Assembly (NCBI GenBank): GCA_002029975.1
Contig: LQBE01000019.1
Coordinates: 444-64,443 of the forward strand
Direction of reading: 5' to 3'
Length of the DNA stretch: 64,000 bases
From: a delta proteobacterium ML8_F1
Lineage (GTDB): Bacteria > Bacillota > Clostridia > Peptostreptococcales > Acidaminobacteraceae
Position numbers and translations under genes: made by a program. Positions 57,472 to 62,840 of this stretch are shown here, in pieces. How positions within the stretch are numbered: position 1 is the first letter of the stretch; every line of letters begins with the position of its first letter. The notes below the pieces were generated by a model. The model was not told where the DNA came from. It worked only from the letters and a program-made list of their open reading frames with translations, and ran no database searches.

Positions 57472-57509
57472 TTAACTATTCCCAAAATATACATTTAAGG
57501 AATAGTTAA
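57472..57509. repeat. 38-bp imperfect palindrome (16-6-16; the outer 11 bp are a perfect inverted repeat)
   Basis: TTAACTATTCCCAAAA-TATACA-TTTAAGGAATAGTTAA. The arms match at 14 of 16 positions. It lies inside the 239-bp non-coding gap at 57357-57595. Confidence 0.8.
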
Positions 57510-57595
57510 GCCAGAATCTTCCAGACCCGATGATTAGACCCCTCTTCTACTGGGTAACAATTCAATTGAAATAAATTATTGAAGGAGTGTGTCCA

Positions 57596-58072
57596 ATGAA
57601 GGAATTTAACGGTATGGAAATTTTGAATCTTTTAGTGGAATCAGAAGGAAAAGTTGCCCAGCTTTACACCGACATGGCCGGAAAAACCGATCATGACAAG
57701 GCCAAGAACTTATTCATGAAACTCGCCGGTGACGAACTGAACCATCAGAAAATGTATGAGGCATTGATGGCCGACCTCGACCAGGACTTGAAAGTTGAAC
57801 TCGAGGATGAGGATTATGAGTACATTGATTCCATGATCCGCTATAATTATTTCAGAACCGAAGCCGTCAGGGACAAGGATGTCAAGGAGAACGCCCTCAT
57901 GGTTGCCGAGAAGGTAGAACGTGACGCTGTCATGCTCGTCCAGGAGGTTATGGAATTATTCCCGAAGGTTGCTCCGAAAGAAATGAAGAAGATTCTCAAG
58001 GAAGAGAAAAAACATCTCAAGTATGTCCTTCAGTCGCAGCAGGATGCAATGGTTAAAAATTTGATGCTCTAA
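57596..58072 (+). CDS. Ferritin-like / rubrerythrin-family diiron four-helix-bundle protein
   Basis: 158 aa. Ligand pattern E (VESEGK), ExxH (DELNH), E (EKVERD), ExxH (EEKKH). GAAGGAG lies 8 nt upstream of ATG 57596. Confidence 0.7.
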   Translation: MKEFNGMEILNLLVESEGKVAQLYTDMAGKTDHDKAKNLFMKLAGDELNHQKMYEALMADLDQDLKVELEDEDYEYIDSMIRYNYFRTEAVRDKDVKENALMVAEKVERDAVMLVQEVMELFPKVAPKEMKKILKEEKKHLKYVLQSQQDAMVKNLML

Positions 58073-58076
58073 ATCG

Positions 58077-58103
58077 AAAACTCCCTTAAACGGGAGTTTT
58101 TTT
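58077..58103 (+). terminator. Intrinsic terminator after the ferritin-like gene
   Basis: AAAACTCCC-TTAAAC-GGGAGTTTT followed by TTT. Confidence 0.8.
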
Positions 58104-58111
58104 GTTATAAT
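58103..58111 (+). promoter_or_regulatory. Extended -10 promoter element upstream of the XerS-like gene
   Basis: TGtTATAAT. The hexamer overlaps ATG 58110 from the ORF track. Confidence 0.45.
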
Positions 58112-59231
58112 GGACTTGGTGATGACTATGATCAAGATACACAATAAATCCTCAAAACCTGACAATATCGTCCTCAAGGAGCACCAGACAATTGAAAAAA
58201 TTCTCGGTATTGAAGCCTCCCTCCCCTCTTTCATGGCAGATTATTTTCTCTACCTGAAGGGGGCGGTATCTTTGGCCACCCGCCATGCCTACTTGATTGA
58301 CATTCGATTTTTCTTTACTTACCTGCTAGAAGAGAGTCCCCTGACCAAAGCCCGGACCCTCAAAGAAATCAGCCTTGAAGAAATCGATGGCATCAGTGCC
58401 AGAGATGTCAATTATTTCATAGGGGATTACTGTGCCCGCTATTACAGGGCCCACGGGGACCAGCTTACCGTTTATGAAAACCACAACCGGGCCCTTTCCC
58501 GAAAAAAGTCTTCACTGACCTCCCTCTTCAGATTTCTGTACCGCAATGAAATGATCCACAAGAATATCGTGGAGGGTTTCAATCCCATCAAACTGCCGAA
58601 GCCCCAGCCTGAAGCCATAAAACGGCTGTATGTAGAGGAAATGTATCGCCTTGTCGAAGTGGTTTCCAGGGGTATCGGTCTGAGCGAGACAGAATTGAAA
58701 TACTGGGAAAAGACAAAAAAAAGAGACAAGGCAATTCTCCTTCTCTTTATAACCTACGGCCTCAGGCTCAAAGAGCTGCAGGAGTTGAACCTGTCCTCCT
58801 TCAATTTCAAACGTCGTGAGTTCACCATCTACCGAAAACGCGGCAAGGAGTCCACTATGCCTCTCAATGAATCCATCTCCAAAGTGATCAAAGAGTATCT
58901 GGACCTGGAAAGGCCCAGGGATGCCTTGGAGGAAGATGCCCTATTTTTGTCCCTGCAGAAAAAACGGATGACTGAACGCAGCATCCGTATCCTGGTTAAA
59001 AAATATACTGCCATCGCTATGGACCAGCCCCGCAAAGACGGCTACAGCCCCCACAAGCTTCGGGCGACAGCCGCGAGTACCTTGATTGAGTTCGGCTTTT
59101 CGATTTACGATGTCCAGAATCTTCTCGACCACGAAAATGTCACGACCACACAACTGTATGCGGCCCACAAGAAGAATGCCAAACAGGATATCATTGCCCA
59201 TTTTGAGCTTGACCGTCAGGAGGAAGATTAG
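58110..59231 (+). CDS. XerS-like tyrosine site-specific recombinase (long N-terminal domain)
   Basis: Catalytic residues are R (YGLRLKEL), K (YRKRGKES), HxxR (HKLRAT), and H...Y (LDHENVTTTQLYAA). The N-terminal core-binding domain (FMADYFLYLKG..S..T...YLIDIRFFFTYLLEES...NRALSRKKSSLTSLFRFLY) has the XerS layout. The true start may be ATG 58122 or 58128. Confidence 0.85.
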   Translation: MDLVMTMIKIHNKSSKPDNIVLKEHQTIEKILGIEASLPSFMADYFLYLKGAVSLATRHAYLIDIRFFFTYLLEESPLTKARTLKEISLEEIDGISARDVNYFIGDYCARYYRAHGDQLTVYENHNRALSRKKSSLTSLFRFLYRNEMIHKNIVEGFNPIKLPKPQPEAIKRLYVEEMYRLVEVVSRGIGLSETELKYWEKTKKRDKAILLLFITYGLRLKELQELNLSSFNFKRREFTIYRKRGKESTMPLNESISKVIKEYLDLERPRDALEEDALFLSLQKKRMTERSIRILVKKYTAIAMDQPRKDGYSPHKLRATAASTLIEFGFSIYDVQNLLDHENVTTTQLYAAHKKNAKQDIIAHFELDRQEED

Positions 59232-59512
59232 AAGTTGTCCGGAATCCGCAGGATATCGCCGGGCTTGATGACAAAATTCTTGAGATTGTTGACCACTGAA
59301 ATTTCATAAACAAGATCCCGAACATCCTTTTGGGTATGGCTTCTGGCGATATCCCAGACAGTGTCTCCCCTGACCACTTCATAGGTGGTATAGGTCCTGA
59401 TTTCGTCACCATGAGCGGGTATTAGACTGAATGCAAGGTTGAGAGTCCCTGTTCCCAGGAGCAGAATCAGTGTCAGGCTGATAATGAATCGCTTGTAGTC
59501 TCTAATTTTCAT
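59228..59512 (-). CDS. Small TM plus LysM protein, YneA-like candidate SOS cell-division inhibitor
   Basis: 94 aa with an N-terminal TM helix (FIISLTLILLLGTG) and a LysM domain (YEVVRGDTVWDIA...NNL....IKPGDILRIP). It is divergent from lexA and has SOS boxes in its promoter. Confidence 0.8.
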   Translation of the reverse strand: MKIRDYKRFIISLTLILLLGTGTLNLAFSLIPAHGDEIRTYTTYEVVRGDTVWDIARSHTQKDVRDLVYEISVVNNLKNFVIKPGDILRIPDNF

Positions 59513-59524
59513 TTCCTCGCCTCC

Positions 59525-59536
59525 GAACTAGTGTTC
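59525..59536. promoter_or_regulatory. LexA operator 1 (downstream of the yneA-like -10)
   Basis: GAACTAGTGTTC (GAAC-N4-GTTC). Confidence 0.85.
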
Positions 59537-59543
59537 TGATATC

Positions 59544-59572
59544 AGTATACCGGAACACCTGTTCTTTGTAAA
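59544..59572 (-). promoter_or_regulatory. Promoter of the yneA-like gene
   Basis: On the minus strand, TTTACA (59567-59572), 17-nt spacer, TATACT (59544-59549). Operator 2 fills the spacer and operator 1 follows the -10. Confidence 0.7.
59553..59564. promoter_or_regulatory. LexA operator 2 (within the yneA-like promoter spacer)
   Basis: GAACACCTGTTC (GAAC-N4-GTTC). Confidence 0.85.
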
Positions 59573-59580
59573 GAAAAAAA

Positions 59581-59592
59581 GAACGAATGTTT
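59581..59592. promoter_or_regulatory. LexA operator 3 (overlaps the lexA -35)
   Basis: GAACGAATGTTT (one mismatch to GAAC-N4-GTTC). Confidence 0.65.
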
Positions 59593-59619
59593 GATTTTTT
59601 TTTTCGGTTGTTGTATAAT
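59591..59619 (+). promoter_or_regulatory. lexA promoter
   Basis: TTGATT (59591-59596), 17-nt spacer, TATAAT (59614-59619). Confidence 0.7.
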
Positions 59620-59645
59620 TGTTTTACAGATGAGGAGGAATCGTT

Positions 59646-60269
59646 ATGAAGAATGAAATTACCGCCAAACAACAAGTTATTTTGGACTTCATCAAGGAGT
59701 TTACCCATTCAAACGGCTATCCTCCCAGTGTCCGGGATATTTGTCAGGGCGTTGGTTTGAAATCAACTTCAACGGTTCACGGCCATCTCAAACGACTGGA
59801 AAAAAGCGGTTTTCTCTCGAAGGACGCCTCAAAAACCCGCTCCATCGTCCTGACAGAAAACGAAAAAGACGATTTCGCCTTCAAATATTCCAAGGAATAC
59901 ACGAAAATTCCCGTTCTCGGCCGGATTGCGGCGGGGGAACCGATTCTCGCCACCAACAATATCGAGGACTACTACCCTGTTCCCACAGATTTTCTCAAGT
60001 CAAAGGATTATTTCATGCTCAGTGTCACCGGAGAAAGTATGATCAAGGCCGGCATTTTCGATGGCGACTATGTCCTTGTACAGCAACAGGATTATGCCGA
60101 CAATGGGGAAATTGTCGTGGCCATGCTGGACAACTCCGCCACAGTGAAAACTTTTTACAAAGAAGAAAACATGATAAGACTGCAACCACAGAATGACGCC
60201 TTGAAACCCATCTATTCCCAGGATGTAAAGGTAGTCGGCATTGTCAAGGGTGTTTTCAGATTCATGTGA
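59646..60269 (+). CDS. lexA: SOS repressor LexA
   Basis: N-terminal wHTH (PSVRDICQGVGLKSTSTVHGHLKRLEKSGF), Ala-Gly cleavage site (IAAGEP), and Ser/Lys dyad (GESM ... VVGIVKGVFR). Confidence 0.97.
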   Translation: MKNEITAKQQVILDFIKEFTHSNGYPPSVRDICQGVGLKSTSTVHGHLKRLEKSGFLSKDASKTRSIVLTENEKDDFAFKYSKEYTKIPVLGRIAAGEPILATNNIEDYYPVPTDFLKSKDYFMLSVTGESMIKAGIFDGDYVLVQQQDYADNGEIVVAMLDNSATVKTFYKEENMIRLQPQNDALKPIYSQDVKVVGIVKGVFRFM

Positions 60270-60290
60270 TTCATTTTATAAGGATGATAC

Positions 60291-60324
60291 AAAGGGAAGT
60301 GCCTGAGCCGGGCACTTCCCTTTT
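60291..60324. terminator. Bidirectional terminator between the convergent lexA and ynbB genes
   Basis: AAAGGGAAGTGCC-TGAGCCG-GGCACTTCCCTTT (10-bp GC-rich stem plus A/T extension), then TTTTG. Confidence 0.8.
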
Positions 60325-60341
60325 GTTTACTGACGGCCTGT

Positions 60342-61595
60342 TCACTCCATAATCGAGGCGAGTCCCATCAAGGCACCGAGTTTGGAATGTTCATAGGTCA
60401 AACCGCCCTGGAAATAGACGGTATAGGGTTCTCTCATGGGGGCATCGGCGCTCAATTCGATGGAGGAACCTTGAACAAAGGTTCCGGCGGCCATAATCAC
60501 CGGGGACTGGTAGCCGGGCATGGCCCAGGGTTCAAGGTGGACATGGGCGTCCACCGGAGCGGCGTTCTGGACCCCCTGGCAGAATTTTCTGACCTTCAAA
60601 GGATCCTTTAAAACGATACCCTGTATGATGTCACTGCGTTTGTCCTTGATTTTCGGCACAATCTCGTAGCCCAGGGACTGGGCCATGTAGCCCAGGAGCA
60701 AGGCTCCCTTCAATGCGGCATTGACCACCCCGGGGGCCAGAAAAAGTCCCTGGAGTACTGACCTTGTCTGACCGAAGGTCGTGCCCACTTCCTTCGCCAG
60801 ACCCGGAGCGGTGAGTCTTTCCGCCGCCCTGGTCACCCACTCTTTCTTTCCGGCAATATACCCGCCGCTGAGGGCCAGTCCGCCCCCAGGATTTTTGATC
60901 AGGGAGCCGGCAATCAAATCCGCTCCCACCTGGGTGGGTTCGAGGATTTCAATGAATTCACCGTAGCAGTTGTCCACCATCACCATGACATCGGGGTGAT
61001 GGTTTTTAATGCTTTTAATGATGTCACCTATCATCTGAATGGTGAGGGCCCCCCGGGTGCTGTAACCCCCGGAACGCTGGACATAAACCATCTTCACCTG
61101 CTGCTTCATCAGAAACTGAAGAATCCCAGCTTCGTCAAATTGTCCCTCTCGAGTAAGGTCCAGGGCATGAAAAGCTATTCCGAAGGCCATCAGGGAGGAA
61201 TCTGTCGCGCCCCGGGTACCGATGACCTCTCTGAGGGTGTCATAGGGCTCTCCCGTGATGCACAGCATGTGGTCTCCTGGCCTGAGGACTCCCCACAGGG
61301 CCAGACTGATGGCATGGGTTCCTGAGACAATCTGGGGTCGCACCAGTGCGTCCTCAGTACCCATCAGGGTCCCGTAGATGCTTTCCACCTTGTCCCTGCC
61401 AATATCGTGATAACCGTATCCCGTGGTCCAGTTGAAATCGTATTCCGCCAGACGGTGGGTCTGCATGGCCTTGATGACCTTGAGCTGGTTGTGTTCCTTG
61501 ATAGTGTCGAGGGTGTTGAATTCATCCCTGAGGGCCTTTTCCGCTGTCTCCTTGAGATTGACGAGACTCCTGGGGATGCCAAAGCTTTCATACAT
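60342..61595 (-). CDS. ynbB: Aluminium-resistance / YnbB-family PLP-dependent enzyme (Cys/Met-metabolism fold)
   Basis: 417 aa; N-terminus ...NQLKVIKAMQTHRLAEYDFNWTTGYGYHDIGRDKVESIY is typical of the YnbB family. It sits downstream of hfq, as in other Firmicutes. Confidence 0.8.
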   Translation of the reverse strand: MYESFGIPRSLVNLKETAEKALRDEFNTLDTIKEHNQLKVIKAMQTHRLAEYDFNWTTGYGYHDIGRDKVESIYGTLMGTEDALVRPQIVSGTHAISLALWGVLRPGDHMLCITGEPYDTLREVIGTRGATDSSLMAFGIAFHALDLTREGQFDEAGILQFLMKQQVKMVYVQRSGGYSTRGALTIQMIGDIIKSIKNHHPDVMVMVDNCYGEFIEILEPTQVGADLIAGSLIKNPGGGLALSGGYIAGKKEWVTRAAERLTAPGLAKEVGTTFGQTRSVLQGLFLAPGVVNAALKGALLLGYMAQSLGYEIVPKIKDKRSDIIQGIVLKDPLKVRKFCQGVQNAAPVDAHVHLEPWAMPGYQSPVIMAAGTFVQGSSIELSADAPMREPYTVYFQGGLTYEHSKLGALMGLASIME

Positions 61596-61608
61596 TTAAA
61601 ATCCTCCT

Positions 61609-61642
61609 AAAAATAACTAAGGCTTTTCACCTTAGTTATTTT
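61609..61642 (-). terminator. Terminator hairpin after hfq
   Basis: On the minus strand, AAAATAACTAAGG-TGAAAAG-CCTTAGTTATTTT, followed by T and then the ynbB SD AGGAGGA. Confidence 0.7.
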
Positions 61643-61644
61643 CA

Positions 61645-61890
61645 TCAGTTGTCGTTGTCATCCGATTCTTTACTCATGAAATTGACTTCCTTGGCCGGGA
61701 TCATCGTGGAGATGGCATGCTTGTAAATCATCTGCTGCTTGCCGTCGCTGTCCAGGATGATGGTGTAATTATCGAAGCCCTTGACCAGGCCTCTAATCTG
61801 GTATCCACTGATTAAAAAAACGGTGATCATGGTGTGGTCCTTTCTCACCTGATTTAAAAAGACATCCTGCAAATTGATTGTTCCTTTCAT
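61645..61890 (-). CDS. hfq: RNA chaperone Hfq
   Basis: Sm1/Sm2 motifs: LQDVFLNQVRKD...ITVFLISGYQIRGLVKGFDNYTIILDSDGKQQMIYKHAIST. Confidence 0.96.
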   Translation of the reverse strand: MKGTINLQDVFLNQVRKDHTMITVFLISGYQIRGLVKGFDNYTIILDSDGKQQMIYKHAISTMIPAKEVNFMSKESDDNDN

Positions 61891-61903
61891 AGTACCCCTC
61901 CTC

Positions 61904-62836
61904 TTATAGACCCTCTTCCTGCCGGAGATGGTCCTCTATATCTTCGAGCAACTGGCCGGAATCAGGGTAGGCATCTACTTGAAACCACGCCATTGCATCA
62001 TACTGCCTGAACCAGGTCAACTGCCTTTTGGCATAGCGTCTGGAATGCTGCTTGATTGCGGCGACGGTGCTTTGAAGGTCCATTTCGCCATTGAGATAGG
62101 CAACAACCTCTTTATAACCTATACCCTTCATACTGTTAAAACTATCATCTAATCCTAAAGATTTCAAGTATTTCACCTCATCAATCAAACCCTGTGACAT
62201 CATGAGGTCCACCCGCTGATCAATCCTGTCGTAGAGTGTTTTCCGGTCCATGGTCAAACCAATCAGAGACATCTCATAGAGGGGATTCTTCTCAAGGTCC
62301 TCCCGGTAGGTTTTGATGCCCTGGTCTTTCTTGGATAGAATTTCCAGTGCCCGGACAACTCTTTTGAGGTTGTTGGGATGGATTGTCTTAGCGACAGCTG
62401 GGTCCTGCCGGCAAAGAATCTGGTGAACCCGTTGCTTTCCTTCCTTTGCCGCCATTTCGTAAAGGGAGGCTCTGAGCTTCGGGTCCTCCTGAGCCTGGTT
62501 GAAATCCATTTTATAATAGAGGGCACTGAGATACAAGCCGGTTCCGCCGCTGAGAATCGGAACCTTTCCCCTGGCGGCGACGGCTTCAAGAATTTCAGCA
62601 GCCCTTTTTTGATAGTCACTGACGGTAAAATCCTCAAAGGGACTGATGACACCGAAAAGATGGTGCCCGATGCCTCTGAATTCTTCTGGCGCCGGCTTAG
62701 CCGACCCGATATCGAGCATCCTGTAAATCTGGATCGAATCGAGATTGACAATTTCACCCTTCAGGGCCTCTGCCAGATCCAAAGTGAGTGCTGTTTTTCC
62801 CACAGCGGTGGGTCCCACGACGGCGATAACCTTCAT
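61904..62836 (-). CDS. miaA: tRNA dimethylallyltransferase MiaA
   Basis: P-loop VVGPTAVGKTALTLDLA, DSIQIYR, GGTGLY, QHSRRYAKRQLTWFR. ATG 62836 lies 4 nt after the mutL stop. Confidence 0.95.
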   Translation of the reverse strand: MKVIAVVGPTAVGKTALTLDLAEALKGEIVNLDSIQIYRMLDIGSAKPAPEEFRGIGHHLFGVISPFEDFTVSDYQKRAAEILEAVAARGKVPILSGGTGLYLSALYYKMDFNQAQEDPKLRASLYEMAAKEGKQRVHQILCRQDPAVAKTIHPNNLKRVVRALEILSKKDQGIKTYREDLEKNPLYEMSLIGLTMDRKTLYDRIDQRVDLMMSQGLIDEVKYLKSLGLDDSFNSMKGIGYKEVVAYLNGEMDLQSTVAAIKQHSRRYAKRQLTWFRQYDAMAWFQVDAYPDSGQLLEDIEDHLRQEEGL

Positions 62837-62840
62837 CTCT

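Noticed and set aside
60325-60341. GTTTAC in TTTTGTTTACTGAC, considered as a possible fragment of a canonical Firmicute dif (…TATGTAAACT).
   Set aside because: Only a 6-nt match exists, with no second arm or AT-rich centre. I did not see a convincing canonical 28-bp dif in any intergenic region, but a by-eye search cannot exclude one.
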